Shown here one piece after another: positions 39,928 through 50,934 of a stretch of DNA of 64,000 bases. This DNA comes from Microcoleus sp. (GTDB taxonomy: Bacteria; Cyanobacteriota; Cyanobacteriia; Cyanobacteriales; Microcoleaceae), in assembly GCA_042408215.1 (NCBI GenBank), contig JAYFMW010000003.1, positions 448,001 to 512,000 of the forward strand. Direction: 5' to 3'. The notes beneath the pieces were generated by a model, which searched no databases, was not told where the DNA came from, and saw nothing but the letters and a program-made list of their open reading frames with translations. The translations under genes were made by a program, and so were the position numbers. Every line of letters starts with the position of its first letter. The stretch's first letter is position 1.

Positions 39928-42900
39928 ATGCCGTTGGGGACAATAGCATTGCTGTTGGCTGCTAGTTTTGGTCTGGGTGCTTTACCGCTGACTCGATGGA
40001 TGGTGCGAGTGTTGGCCGGCAAAGATTTGAGGGCGCTGGGCACGGGGAATGTTGGCGTGTCGGCTGCTTTCATTCACGGGGGAAAGTTAGCGGGAATTGC
40101 TGCGGTGTTGGCGGAAATTGCCAGAGGTATTATACCAGTTTTGGCTGCGCGATTTTGGTTCCCGGATCAAAGGGCGATCGCCCTTACCCTGTTAATTCCT
40201 CTAGTTGCGGGCCGATCGGCGATCGCCCGTGGAGGAGGTGTCACCAACGCTGTTTGGGGTGTTTTGGCATTTTCCCCGCCGGTGGCTGTCACATCGGGCA
40301 TTTCGGGGCTACTGGTGTGGAGTTTGGCTGAAGTTGTGTGGGGTAAGGGCGATCGGGCGAGGCTGTTTGCTACCCGTTGCGGATGTCTGAGCACCCCAAT
40401 CTGGGTTTGGGTGTGGCGGCAAAATATGGCAGAATTTTTAGCAGCAGCAGGATTAGCCTTGTTATTAACAGCAATTAATCTCAGTCAGGGTGATGATATG
40501 GCTTTCTCTAAATCGGAACAATTGCTTTCTCTCGATGACTCGTTAGATGCTAAAGTCTGTGGGGATAAAGCTGCAAAATTGTCTCAACTGAAACGAGGAA
40601 ATTTTAATGTACCGCCCGGTTGGATATTATTAAAAGAATCGGGCATCGGGAATCGGAAATCGGGCCTAGAAAATCGAAAATTGAGAATGGGGTCTTCAGA
40701 AAACAGTGAAAATTTATCAATCCCTAATTCTTTAATCGAACATCTAAAATCCCAAATCCCAAATCGGATGATTGTGCGATCTTCTGCTGCGGGAGAAGAC
40801 GGCGATATTAGTTCGGCGGCTGGACAATATCAAACCATTGGCCCAGTTTTCACTGAAACAGAATTGAGCAATGCAATTAATAGCTGTCGCCAGTCTTATT
40901 GGACTTCCGAAGCAGTTGCTTACCGTCGCCAGCGACAATTACCCGATACCCAAATGGCTGTATTAATTCAGCCTTATATTGACAGCAAAATTGCCGGAGT
41001 CATGTTCAGCCGCAATCCTTTAGACGGCGGTTCCCAGGTAATTATTGAAGCTTTACCGGGAGGAGCAGAATCAGTTGTCGGCGGACAATTTACTCCGGTG
41101 CATTTAGAAATTGATTTTAGTACATCTGAATCATTAGAACAAAGTTTAATTGAAATAGGACTTAACCCGGTGGTTGAGTCAAGTCAAAACCCGGAGGTTG
41201 AGTCAAGTCAAAACCCGGAGGTTGAGTCAAGTCAAAACCCGGAGGTTGAGTCAAGTCAAAACCCGGAGGTGGAGTCAAGTCAAAACCCGGAGGTTGAGTC
41301 AAGTCGGAGGTTGAGCGAAGTCGAAACCCCGGAGGTGGAGTCAAGTCAAAACCCGGAGGTGGAGTCAAGTCAAAACCCGGAGGTGGAGTCAAGTCAAAAC
41401 CCGGAGGTGGAGTCAAGTCAAAACCCGGAGGTTGAGCGAAGTCGAAACCCGGTTTCTTTGTCGGAGTGCATCCAGGATTGTGAAATTAAAACTAATTCAA
41501 TTATTGATAAATCCATTGTAGCAGAATTAGTAAAACAAGCGCAAGCAATCGAAGCATTTTTTCATGGAATACCCCAGGATATTGAGTGGAGTTGGGATGG
41601 CGAAAAACTATGGATTTTGCAAAGTCGCCCGATTACTAATTTGCAGCCTTTTTGGACGCGAACTATTGCAGCAGAAGTGATTCCAGGTGCAATTCGTCCG
41701 CTAACTTGGTCGATTAATCGCCCGCTGACTTGCGGGGTTTGGGGGGAAATATTTAAGGTGGTTTTAGGCGAGAGAGCAGCTAATTTAAACTTTAATGAAA
41801 CTGCAACTTTGCTGGGTTCTCACGCTTATTTTAATGCGACTTTGTTGGGCGAAATCTTTCGGATGATGGGATTACCTGAGCAGGGTTTGGAATTTTTGCT
41901 GAGAGGGCAAAAAATGGGCAAGCCGCCTTTGGGGAAGATTTTGCCCTCTTTGCCCGGTTTGTGGCGTCTGGTGCAGCGGGAGAGGGCGCTAAATGCAGAA
42001 TTTAAGGGCGATCGTACTTCTATTTTCCTCCCCGCACTGGAAAGTTTGCAGAAGGAAGAAGGAAGTTCAGCAACAGATTATGTAACGGATTTAACGGATT
42101 TAACGGAATTGTTGGAGAGAGCAGAGCAAATTCAGGAGTGGCTGAAACCGATTACTTACTACAATATATTAGGTCCGATCGGGCTGGCAATTCGTAAAGC
42201 AATTTTTCGCGTTTCCGATGAATGGCTGGACAATGACAGCGCTCCTGAAATCGCATCGGTGCGAGCTTTACAGCAGTTAGCCCAAAAGTTGCGACAAGCT
42301 GCGATTTCGCAATCTGACAAAACTATTTCCTTCGCACAATTAACACAGGTATTTGAAGAAAATTCGGCTCTGCTTGCAGAGTTTGAAAAGTGGCTTAATA
42401 CTTACGGATATTTGAGCGAAGTGGGGACGGATATCGCTGTTCCTACTTGGCGAGAACAACCGGAAACTTACCAAAAACTGTTAGTAAATATGGCGACAAA
42501 ATCCGCTGTAAATAATTTAGTCGAAAAGCGTGAATTGCCCTTGACTTTTTGGCAGAAGTGGCGATTGGATAAATGTCAGGAGCGAGCTACAGTCAAAAAC
42601 GAGATTAGCCAAGTTTACGCCCGGTTGTTGGCTCATTTGCGCTGGACTTTTTTGGAGATAGAAGCTGGCGGCTTAGCAATGGAGGTATTTCAGGAAGCTG
42701 GGGATATCTTTTATTTAGAATTTGGGGAGATTCAGCAGTGGATACGGAGCGGTGCTAGTGTTTCGTTTCAGGATACAATTAGGGAAAGGCGCGAACAGTT
42801 AAAAGCCGATCGCGATCGCCCGATTCCCCCTGTAGTCTACGGCAATCTGCTGCCAAATTCTCAGAAAAGGTCGATCGAACCAGCCACATCCGAAACTAAC

Positions 42901-43212
42901 ATCATGCAGGGAATTCCCGCAAGTATCGGCCGTGTCGAAGGCTTTGTCAAGATTTGTCGCACCGTGACCACAGATTTAGGAGAAAATGCGATCGTAGTAG
43001 TCCCATACACCGACGCAGGTTGGGCACCGCTGCTATTAGGAGCAACAGCAATTATCGCCGAAGTTGGCGGCCAACTATCTCACGGAGCAATTATCGCCCG
43101 CGAGTACAAAATTCCCGCAGTGATGAATATTTCCGAAGCCACAACTCGCCTGCGAGACGGTCAAAAAGTCCGAGTAGACGGCTATCTCGGCACCGTAGAA
43201 TTGCTGGAATAA
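39928..43212 (+). CDS. PlsY-like membrane domain fused to a PPDK/PEP-synthase-type phosphotransferase
   Basis: DLRALGTGNVG, RGGGV; GDKAAKL, VRSSAAGED, DIEW, LQSRPIT, GGQLSHGAIIARE. Confidence 0.9.
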   Translation: MPLGTIALLLAASFGLGALPLTRWMVRVLAGKDLRALGTGNVGVSAAFIHGGKLAGIAAVLAEIARGIIPVLAARFWFPDQRAIALTLLIPLVAGRSAIARGGGVTNAVWGVLAFSPPVAVTSGISGLLVWSLAEVVWGKGDRARLFATRCGCLSTPIWVWVWRQNMAEFLAAAGLALLLTAINLSQGDDMAFSKSEQLLSLDDSLDAKVCGDKAAKLSQLKRGNFNVPPGWILLKESGIGNRKSGLENRKLRMGSSENSENLSIPNSLIEHLKSQIPNRMIVRSSAAGEDGDISSAAGQYQTIGPVFTETELSNAINSCRQSYWTSEAVAYRRQRQLPDTQMAVLIQPYIDSKIAGVMFSRNPLDGGSQVIIEALPGGAESVVGGQFTPVHLEIDFSTSESLEQSLIEIGLNPVVESSQNPEVESSQNPEVESSQNPEVESSQNPEVESSQNPEVESSRRLSEVETPEVESSQNPEVESSQNPEVESSQNPEVESSQNPEVERSRNPVSLSECIQDCEIKTNSIIDKSIVAELVKQAQAIEAFFHGIPQDIEWSWDGEKLWILQSRPITNLQPFWTRTIAAEVIPGAIRPLTWSINRPLTCGVWGEIFKVVLGERAANLNFNETATLLGSHAYFNATLLGEIFRMMGLPEQGLEFLLRGQKMGKPPLGKILPSLPGLWRLVQRERALNAEFKGDRTSIFLPALESLQKEEGSSATDYVTDLTDLTELLERAEQIQEWLKPITYYNILGPIGLAIRKAIFRVSDEWLDNDSAPEIASVRALQQLAQKLRQAAISQSDKTISFAQLTQVFEENSALLAEFEKWLNTYGYLSEVGTDIAVPTWREQPETYQKLLVNMATKSAVNNLVEKRELPLTFWQKWRLDKCQERATVKNEISQVYARLLAHLRWTFLEIEAGGLAMEVFQEAGDIFYLEFGEIQQWIRSGASVSFQDTIRERREQLKADRDRPIPPVVYGNLLPNSQKRSIEPATSETNIMQGIPASIGRVEGFVKICRTVTTDLGENAIVVVPYTDAGWAPLLLGATAIIAEVGGQLSHGAIIAREYKIPAVMNISEATTRLRDGQKVRVDGYLGTVELLE
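41165..41452 (+). repeat. In-frame 24-bp tandem repeat (PEVESSQN), about 11-12 units
   Basis: CCGGAGGT(T/G)GAGTCAAGTCAAAAC repeated; two variant units read GTTGAGCGAAGTCGAAAC. Confidence 0.95.
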
Positions 43213-43325
43213 ACGGAAAGAAAAATGTAAAAATTCATACATTCTGTAGGGGCGGGTTCCACCAACAATAATTGCCCAAAACAAACAATCTCGCAAACCC
43301 GCCCCCACCCCACAAAAAACCTTTC

Positions 43326-45056
43326 CTAAGCCTTTAAGAAATTCTGGACAACATAGTTCCCTACATTTCTACCAGAACTCAAACCATCTACATTAGCACT
43401 CATGAAATGGATGCCTCCGTAAATGCGACTCATGCCCGATTCATCAGCCGCTTGGCCAAAGTTTTCATAAGTTCGCAAACTATTGATAGACTTATCTCCC
43501 TTGTCCCCAAAGCCAAAATCCGAACCAAATACAGAGTTCATAACAGCCTCTCCTGCACCGCTAAAGGTACTGTGTCCCGACATATACTCCGGGAAAGGCG
43601 GAGTAGTTAGCAGTGGCTGCCACTGAGGGTCGGCTGTGGTGTTAGGATTATTGTCTTTGTCAGCTTGGCTGATAGCTGTGATGGGCCGCCAGAAGTTGTA
43701 TTGATACTTGGAATCCCAGCAGATAATAGCTGCATCGGCGAGGGCAATATTTAGCAGGGCGAACAACCGGGCGCAATCTTCCAGGGAGTTACCCGTGAGG
43801 GCCGATACATCTTCGGCGATTTGGTTCCAGTGGCCCGGAGGCGCAAACGTACCTGCGCCGTTAGCCCAGAAGTTGCCGATCTCAGCTTGATCAGGGGTGC
43901 GCGTGAGACTGTCAATTTTGCCGATTTCTTTGACGTAGTTCAATTCCTCTGCGTACTTGGCGCTGTCGAGGGCGGGGGGGCCCGACGGGCGAAATTGAGA
44001 ACCGCTAGTCATCGCAAAGGGAGTAACCTCCGGCCACTGCGGCGACAGCCCTGGGGCAAAATCGGGGGGAGTCGGAACCCAACTGCCGGGGTCGGTTTTG
44101 GGGATGTACTCCACGACTTTGCTGGCGCCGTCTGTACTCCGCCAAGCGATAATTTGGTCGGCAACTTGCTGTCCGAGGGCGATACCGTCGTCTTTGGATT
44201 TCCCGTCGGGGATTTTGGCTAAAGACGATGTGTATGCTTCATTGAATTTGACCGCTTGGGCTGGATAAACGCTGACTAAGACGCGGTGGGCTGCGGCGGC
44301 TGTGGCGGCTTCTTCTGACGCGCCTGCTGGTGCATCTATGTTGACCCGGTAAGGGCTATATTTTTTACTAATAGAGTTAACAGCATCGTAAATAGCTGCG
44401 TGAACCATTGCCATGTTGCGGGAGGCTAGGGGAGGTGCGGTGCTGTCTGTCCGCACGGCGTCGAGTAAGCTGGCGTTCCAGTCTGTGACGGGGTTTCCTG
44501 ATATGTGAGTTGTGAAGTTGTTGCGGTTGATGGTGCTACTGTTGACTCCTGGTAATACTGCTAAGAATTCACCCGTGAGTTTGTCTTGAATTACGGTGCT
44601 GTTGCTGTTAGCGCCAGTGCCTGGTTGGATGTTTAAATCTTCAAAGGTGAGACCGTCGAGCAATCGAATTTTATCATTGCCGTTGCTGAAGTCGGCGATG
44701 TAGTCGGCTGTGGCTACAGTTGAGCCGCCACTGCGTTTAGCAATGGCAAATATATCATCGCCTTCGCCACCGGTGATGCTATCGCTGCCTGCGCCGGCGT
44801 AAATGGTGTCGTTCCCGGAGTTGCCGGAAATTACGTCGCCGCCTTTGCCTCCCCAGATGATGTCGTCGTCTGCACCACCGAATATCGTATCGTTGCCTTG
44901 GTCGCCACAGATTTTGTCTTTGCCTGTATCGCCTTCGATGAAGTCGTCTCCGCTATTGGCGTAAATTATGTCGTTGCCATCCAAGCCGTTAATTCTGTCT
45001 GATTCGGACGTTCCTTGGAGATAGTCAAATTTGGCAGTACCTGTGATGGATGTCAT
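43326..45056 (-). CDS. Vanadium haloperoxidase / PAP2-family enzyme with N-terminal RTX Ca-binding repeats
   Basis: GxGxD nonapeptides; KYQYNFWRP, PEYMSGH, SRIYGGIH. Confidence 0.88.
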   Translation of the reverse strand: MTSITGTAKFDYLQGTSESDRINGLDGNDIIYANSGDDFIEGDTGKDKICGDQGNDTIFGGADDDIIWGGKGGDVISGNSGNDTIYAGAGSDSITGGEGDDIFAIAKRSGGSTVATADYIADFSNGNDKIRLLDGLTFEDLNIQPGTGANSNSTVIQDKLTGEFLAVLPGVNSSTINRNNFTTHISGNPVTDWNASLLDAVRTDSTAPPLASRNMAMVHAAIYDAVNSISKKYSPYRVNIDAPAGASEEAATAAAAHRVLVSVYPAQAVKFNEAYTSSLAKIPDGKSKDDGIALGQQVADQIIAWRSTDGASKVVEYIPKTDPGSWVPTPPDFAPGLSPQWPEVTPFAMTSGSQFRPSGPPALDSAKYAEELNYVKEIGKIDSLTRTPDQAEIGNFWANGAGTFAPPGHWNQIAEDVSALTGNSLEDCARLFALLNIALADAAIICWDSKYQYNFWRPITAISQADKDNNPNTTADPQWQPLLTTPPFPEYMSGHSTFSGAGEAVMNSVFGSDFGFGDKGDKSINSLRTYENFGQAADESGMSRIYGGIHFMSANVDGLSSGRNVGNYVVQNFLKA

Positions 45057-45352
45057 TGGTATAATTTGATTTTTTGTATTAACTAGCTAAAACTATTAGC
45101 AGTTATAAATGCTAAGACCTGTTAGCTGGCAATTTCATATTAGTAAACTTTCGGGTTAGTTAGGAAACATCGCACCGTAACTTAATTAAATCTTTAGTAT
45201 TTAACGGGTTTTTATGATTTTTTTTCGCTGTAAATATGCGTATAAATACGGTCATCAAAACTAATTTAAATACTGCATATTTGTTAAATACTTACAATAA
45301 AACTGTTTTTTTAATGTTTAGATAAATACAGGGCGATCGATCTATCCCCGCC

Positions 45353-45587
45353 GTAGGGACAGGGCATTGCCTATTAGTGTCAACTTAACTTCTAACCCAG
45401 TCACAGACTGCTGTTTGACTATTAAGCCCAGATCCCCCCTAACCCCCCTTAAGAAGGGGGGGATAAGAGTTCGATCAAAGTCCCCCTTCTTAAGGGGGAT
45501 TTAGGGGGATCTAGACTTAGGTAAAAGCGAGAGATACCAAGGGTTTCAGGCTTAAGTTGACACCAATGGGCATTGCCCTGTCCCTAC
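45353..45587. mobile_element. MITE (TIR GTGTCAACTTAA / TTAAGTTGACAC) inside a GTAG REP-like palindrome
   Basis: GTAGGGACA-GGGCATTGCC-[element]-GGGCATTGCC-CTGTCCCTAC. Confidence 0.8.
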
Positions 45588-45666
45588 TTGATCAACCTGG
45601 AATACGCTGTATGTTTTTGATTACCATAAAAGGAGCGTATTGTGTAACTAAATAAGTAAATATTTA

Positions 45667-46887
45667 TTAAGCACTTCTCAAGGCTGCGATCGGGTCGAGT
45701 TTGGCGGCTTGGCGGGCGGGGATCACGCCGAAGAAGAGGCCGACGCCACCGGATACACTGACTGCAAGGGCGATCGCCACTGGGGATATTCCAGCTTGCA
45801 GGGGAGTGAAATTACCTAGGAGCAAAATACCGGTGACACCTACGCAAGTGCCGACTAAGCCCCCGGCGGCGGATAAAATCACAGCTTCGACAATAAATTG
45901 AAACAGGATATCTTGTTGGGATGCTCCGATCGCCTTTCTGAGCCCAATTTCCTGAGTGCGTTCGCTGACGGACACCAGCATAATATTCATAATACCAATT
46001 CCGCCGACTAATAGGGAAATGCTAGCAACAGCAGTTAACATAATAGTCAGAGCGCCGGAAATTGCACCCATTCTTGCCATTAAATCTTTCTGATTTCTAA
46101 CAGTAAAGTCATCTTCTGTGGTAATTTTGTGTCGCAATCTCAGCAGGTTTTCTACCTGAAATTGAGCCGCCTCCATTTGCGATTCATCTTTAATAGAAAT
46201 AAACAGCGAGGTGACAGCTAAACCGTAGGGAGATGTCCGCCCGACAATCCGGTTTGCCATTGTGGCGATCGGCACTGCGGCGGAATTGTCATAATTCGTG
46301 CCAAAAGATGTGCCTTTTGGTGCCAATACTCCAATTACTTTAAGACTGACATTTTTAATCCGTATCTGTTCGCCCAAGGGATTTGTATTGCCAAAAAGTT
46401 TCTCGGCTAATTCTGAACCGAGAACCACAACTTGGTTACTTTGTTTGACATCAATATCTGTCAAAAACCGCCCTTTAGCCATTTCAAACTTTCGGACTTC
46501 CAGAAATTCGGGAATCGTGCCAAAAATGAGAGCCGAAACATTTTTGTTGCTGTAGCGAACTATTTCGGAACTATTAAGTTCTGCTGAGACACCTTGAACC
46601 GAAGGGACTTGAGTGGCGATCGCCTTTGCGTCTGGTAGTACGAGGGTTTGAGGCGCATTTGAGATGGCATTTCGCCTAGCGTTAGGTACTCCAGCCCTGA
46701 CGATTAATACATTTGTACCGAGGGATTGAACTTGTCCCGCTACAAATTTTTGAGCGCCTTCTCCAACTCCAATCATCGCAATCACTGAGGCGTTGCCGAC
46801 AATCATCCCAATCATTGTTAAACTACTGCGGGTTTTGTTAGCTAGTAGGGTTTGACCGGCCATTTTGACGCTTTCAATAAAATTCAT
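45667..46887 (-). CDS. MacB/FtsX-family ABC permease
   Basis: RSSLTMIG, GGIGIMNIMLVSVSERTQEIGLRKAIGA. Confidence 0.95.
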   Translation of the reverse strand: MNFIESVKMAGQTLLANKTRSSLTMIGMIVGNASVIAMIGVGEGAQKFVAGQVQSLGTNVLIVRAGVPNARRNAISNAPQTLVLPDAKAIATQVPSVQGVSAELNSSEIVRYSNKNVSALIFGTIPEFLEVRKFEMAKGRFLTDIDVKQSNQVVVLGSELAEKLFGNTNPLGEQIRIKNVSLKVIGVLAPKGTSFGTNYDNSAAVPIATMANRIVGRTSPYGLAVTSLFISIKDESQMEAAQFQVENLLRLRHKITTEDDFTVRNQKDLMARMGAISGALTIMLTAVASISLLVGGIGIMNIMLVSVSERTQEIGLRKAIGASQQDILFQFIVEAVILSAAGGLVGTCVGVTGILLLGNFTPLQAGISPVAIALAVSVSGGVGLFFGVIPARQAAKLDPIAALRSA

Positions 46888-47118
46888 AATTTGGGAATGG
46901 GGAATTGGGCATCGGGCATCGGGCATTGGGCATTGGCCAAAGAGGGAATTGGTAATTGAAACCAACAAATAACCAATGACTAATGACTAATGATTAATAG
47001 ACCTCTCCTAAAAAGATAGCGAAGAACAGGCATCCTGCCTGTTCCACAATAATTATGGGAGATGTCTAATGACTACTGACTAATGACTACTGACTAATGA
47101 CTACTGACTAATGACTTC

Positions 47119-48336
47119 TTAAGCACTTCTGAGTGCAACGATCGGGTCTAGTTTAGCAGCTTGTTTTGCGGGTACAATGCCGAAAAATAAGCCGATGCTG
47201 CCGGAAACGCCGACTGCAAGGGCGATCGCCACTGGGGAAACACTAGCTTGCAGAGGAGTGAACGCACCTACCAAAAGCACGCCACCGATACCGAATCCAG
47301 TGCCGATCGCACCACCAGCCGCCGACAAAATCACAGATTCAATCATAAACTGAATTAGGATATCTTGCTGAGAAGCTCCGATCGCCTTTCTGAGTCCAAT
47401 TTCCTTAGTACGTTCAGTAACAGAAACCAGCATAATATTCATAATCCCGATGCCGCCGACAAACAGCGAAATTGCCGCCACGAAAGCCAACATCAACGTC
47501 AAAGCCTCAGTAATACTGCCCAAAGTCTTCATTAAATCTTTCTGATTTCGGACAGTAAAATCATCCTCCTTAGTAATTTTGTGACGCAACCTGAGCAGAT
47601 TTTCTATTTGAAATTGAGCGGCTTGCATCATAGTTTCATCTTTGATGGAAACCGAAATAAATGTGACTTTTGTACCGTAGGGAGACGTTCTACCTACGAT
47701 GCGATTTGCCATTGTTGTCAGCGGCAAATAAACGTTCATATCTTGATTGTCACCAAAGCTGGAACCCTTTGCCTGCATGACCCCTATCACTTGAAAAGTC
47801 GAATTTTTGATGCGGATATATTGACCAATTGGCGGTGTATTACCAAACAATTGTTCTGCTGCTTCTGAACCTAAAGCTACTACATTTTCTTGTCTTTCTA
47901 AATCGAGTTTGTTTAAAAAACGACCTTGACCAACATCAAAGCTTCTGACTGTCAGAAATTCTGGGGTAGTTCCGACAATGGAAGATGAGACATTTTTGTT
48001 ACGATAGGTAACGAGTTGACTATCATTGAGACTGGGTGCGACTTCTTGGACAGAAGCAACTTGAGATGCGATCGCATCTGCATCTTCCAACACCAATGTC
48101 TGGGGCGGAATCACGGGGCGAGTTTGTGCTTCTGGACTTCCGGGAATAATAAATAGCAAGTTTGACCCCAGAGAGTTAACTTGTCCCTCGATAAATGTTT
48201 GAGCTCCTTCGCCGATGCCAATCATCGAAATTACGGAAGCATTACCGATGATAATTCCTAACATCGTCAAGCTACTGCGAAGTTTGTTTCCCATCAAAGT
48301 TGTGACGGCCATTTTGACGCTTTCAACAATGTCCAT
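47119..48336 (-). CDS. MacB/FtsX-family ABC permease (paralog)
   Basis: GGIGIMNIMLVSVTERTKEIGLRKAIGA. Confidence 0.95.
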   Translation of the reverse strand: MDIVESVKMAVTTLMGNKLRSSLTMLGIIIGNASVISMIGIGEGAQTFIEGQVNSLGSNLLFIIPGSPEAQTRPVIPPQTLVLEDADAIASQVASVQEVAPSLNDSQLVTYRNKNVSSSIVGTTPEFLTVRSFDVGQGRFLNKLDLERQENVVALGSEAAEQLFGNTPPIGQYIRIKNSTFQVIGVMQAKGSSFGDNQDMNVYLPLTTMANRIVGRTSPYGTKVTFISVSIKDETMMQAAQFQIENLLRLRHKITKEDDFTVRNQKDLMKTLGSITEALTLMLAFVAAISLFVGGIGIMNIMLVSVTERTKEIGLRKAIGASQQDILIQFMIESVILSAAGGAIGTGFGIGGVLLVGAFTPLQASVSPVAIALAVGVSGSIGLFFGIVPAKQAAKLDPIVALRSA

Positions 48337-48542
48337 AGTTTTTAGTCATTAGTCATTGGTCATTAGTTATTAGTCAGTAATTATTAGTTATTGGTCATTA
48401 GTCATATCATGTCCGCGTCAATAAACGTAAATTATGTAAGGCGGTTTCACCCGTATCTATGCTTTAAATCCAGGATATTTGTAAACCCGCCCTGCCACAG
48501 CTAATGACTAATGACTAATGACTAATGACTAATGACTAATGA

Positions 48543-50531
48543 CTATTTCTGATTCTTGATAATATCCTCCAGCTTTTTACCTGGAGGAAGTTCGGTAAAA
48601 ACCCGATCGCCCGCTTTTGCACCCTCTAAAATCTGAATCTTATTACCAATAGTCGAACCAATCGTAACTGGCTGAAACTTCGGCTGTTTTTTCTCATCGG
48701 GAATCAACACACCAGTTTGACCTTTATTAGTCACAATTGCCACAGTCGGCACAACTAAAGCATTGCTCAACTTTTGACCAACAAATCTCAAATCTACGTT
48801 CATCCCCGACTGCAACAAATCTTTGCCCGTGTCAATGGCTACGCGCACTTGAAATAGCGTCACATCCCGTTCTTTAACTGCTTCTGGTGCAATCAATTTA
48901 ACGCGACCTTTAAACACCTTATCTGGATAAGCATCAGCGACTATTTCAACTACTTGACCCGGTTTAATTTGACTGATATCCGCCTCCGGCACTTTCGCTA
49001 AAACTTCCACATCTCTTGCTAGAGCCACAATCGATGTTGAAGTTGCCGAAGTAGCATCCGATGCCGAAGTTGCCGGAGTCACAAAAGCTCCTTGAATAGC
49101 ATACCTTTGGGTAATCACTCCAGCAAAGGGAGCGCGAATTTTAGTATCTTCTAGCTGCACTTCTTGATAGTGGACTTGAGCTTGGGCTTCGGCTAAGTCA
49201 GCTTTAGCTTGAGCTATTTCTTCCGGGCGAGAGCCATTTACTTGTACTGCTAATTGGCTTTTTGCTTCAGCAACTGCTGCTTCAGCTTTAGCTATTTCTT
49301 CTGGACGATTGCCGTTTTCTACTTGTGCTAATTTGCTTTTGGCTTCGGCAACTTCTGCTTCGCTTTTAGCAATTTCTTCCGATCGCGTCCCGTTCTGCAA
49401 TTGCTTCAATCCTTGGCTCTCGACTTCAACAGCAGCTTGCAGTTGCTGGATTTGCGACAGCCGATTTTCTTGCAGTTGTTGCAGACGTCTTTCGGATTCA
49501 GTTAATTTAGCTTGGGCAGTACGATTTTCTTTAATTAATTCATCCAGTTTATCTTGAGCCAGAGCACCTTCTTTTACTAATGACCGATTGCGTTCCACAC
49601 GTTGAGCTGTGAGTTCGGCTTGGGCTTTACTCGATTCAATTTGGGTTTGTGCTTGGGCAATTTCTTGTTTTAAACTACCCGTTTGAGCATCTGCTAAACG
49701 AGCCTGAGCTTGGGCTAATCGAGCTCGCCCTTGGCTGACTTCTTCCACGCGGGTGCCGGCTCGCAGTTTTTGCAAGCCGGCTTGAGTTTGCTGCAAGCGG
49801 GATCTGGCTCCTGCGACTTCTTCAACGCGACTCCCGGCTTGGAGTTGGGCGAGACTGGCTTCGGCTTGATCTAAGCGCGCTTGAGCACTGGCGATGTCTT
49901 CCGATCGATTCCCGGCTTCGATTTTGGCAAGTTTGGCTCTAGCGCTAGCCTCGCGGGCTTTGGCTTGAGCGAGTTGGGCTTCTACGTCGCGACTTTCCAT
50001 GCGAGCAATAATTTGTCCTGCTTGGACTTTATCGCCCTGTTCGACAAATAATTCTGCGATCCGCCCGGAGCCTTTGGGGCTGAGATTCACGCGCTGTACG
50101 GGCTGCACCGTGCCGCTAGATGTAATCCGCACGGTGAGGTTTTGCGATTCCACCGGGACAGTCATGGTGGCGATCGCATCTACTTTCGGCTGCGATTTAC
50201 TATTTACTATATATATGGTGGTCGGCACAGCTAGCAACCCGGCTGCAACCAGCCCAAGAGCCCACCGATTCGGCTTCGGCGCGAGTTTCTTGGGGGACTG
50301 CTTTTGGGGGGTTTTGGCATCCGCAATCTGGGTATCTACGGTCTTGGTGTTTACAGCCTTAGTCTCTTCCACCTTGACCTGAGCTGCTTGCTTTTTGGGG
50401 CTAACGATCATAACCGACTCACCTAATTTAATCTCAGGATTACTTTTAAGGTAAAATTTTTGCTGATGCTTGGCATCGTCTTTGAGACTCATCCGATCGG
50501 GTGATTTTAAAAAAAGTTCCCCAACCAGCAT
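48543..50531 (-). CDS. HlyD/MacA-type periplasmic adaptor with an extended coiled coil (start uncertain)
   Basis: LFVEQGDKVQAGQ, repeated GxRxEEI units, IRAPFAGVI. Confidence 0.92.
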   Translation of the reverse strand: MLVGELFLKSPDRMSLKDDAKHQQKFYLKSNPEIKLGESVMIVSPKKQAAQVKVEETKAVNTKTVDTQIADAKTPQKQSPKKLAPKPNRWALGLVAAGLLAVPTTIYIVNSKSQPKVDAIATMTVPVESQNLTVRITSSGTVQPVQRVNLSPKGSGRIAELFVEQGDKVQAGQIIARMESRDVEAQLAQAKAREASARAKLAKIEAGNRSEDIASAQARLDQAEASLAQLQAGSRVEEVAGARSRLQQTQAGLQKLRAGTRVEEVSQGRARLAQAQARLADAQTGSLKQEIAQAQTQIESSKAQAELTAQRVERNRSLVKEGALAQDKLDELIKENRTAQAKLTESERRLQQLQENRLSQIQQLQAAVEVESQGLKQLQNGTRSEEIAKSEAEVAEAKSKLAQVENGNRPEEIAKAEAAVAEAKSQLAVQVNGSRPEEIAQAKADLAEAQAQVHYQEVQLEDTKIRAPFAGVITQRYAIQGAFVTPATSASDATSATSTSIVALARDVEVLAKVPEADISQIKPGQVVEIVADAYPDKVFKGRVKLIAPEAVKERDVTLFQVRVAIDTGKDLLQSGMNVDLRFVGQKLSNALVVPTVAIVTNKGQTGVLIPDEKKQPKFQPVTIGSTIGNKIQILEGAKAGDRVFTELPPGKKLEDIIKNQK

Positions 50532-50934
50532 CTATAAAGAATTATAGCTAATTTTTGCAACTTATTAAAAAATGTTAAGTTTTCTCAGCTAAAAGAGCTG
50601 GGATCGAACAAGTGCGATCGACGAGGCGTGTTTTCTCGATCCGGAGATCCCCCCTAACCCCCCTTAACAAGGGGAGTAGGGGAGTAGGGGGTGTGGGACA
50701 AGATCACTCTTGCGTCCCCCTTCTTAAGGGGGATTTAGGGGGATCTGAATCTGATTGTCAAGGCAAGAAAACACGCCCTAGGGCTGGATTTTTTGAAGAT
50801 TGGGGCGTTCCGGGGGCGGCGATCGGTAAACTTGGGTTGAGGCCACGCACTCTGTAACGGCGTCCTTGCTCAAAAACGAGTCGCTTAACAGGTTAAAATA
50901 TTTGCCAATCGCGTAAAATTCACTCGATCGTAAA

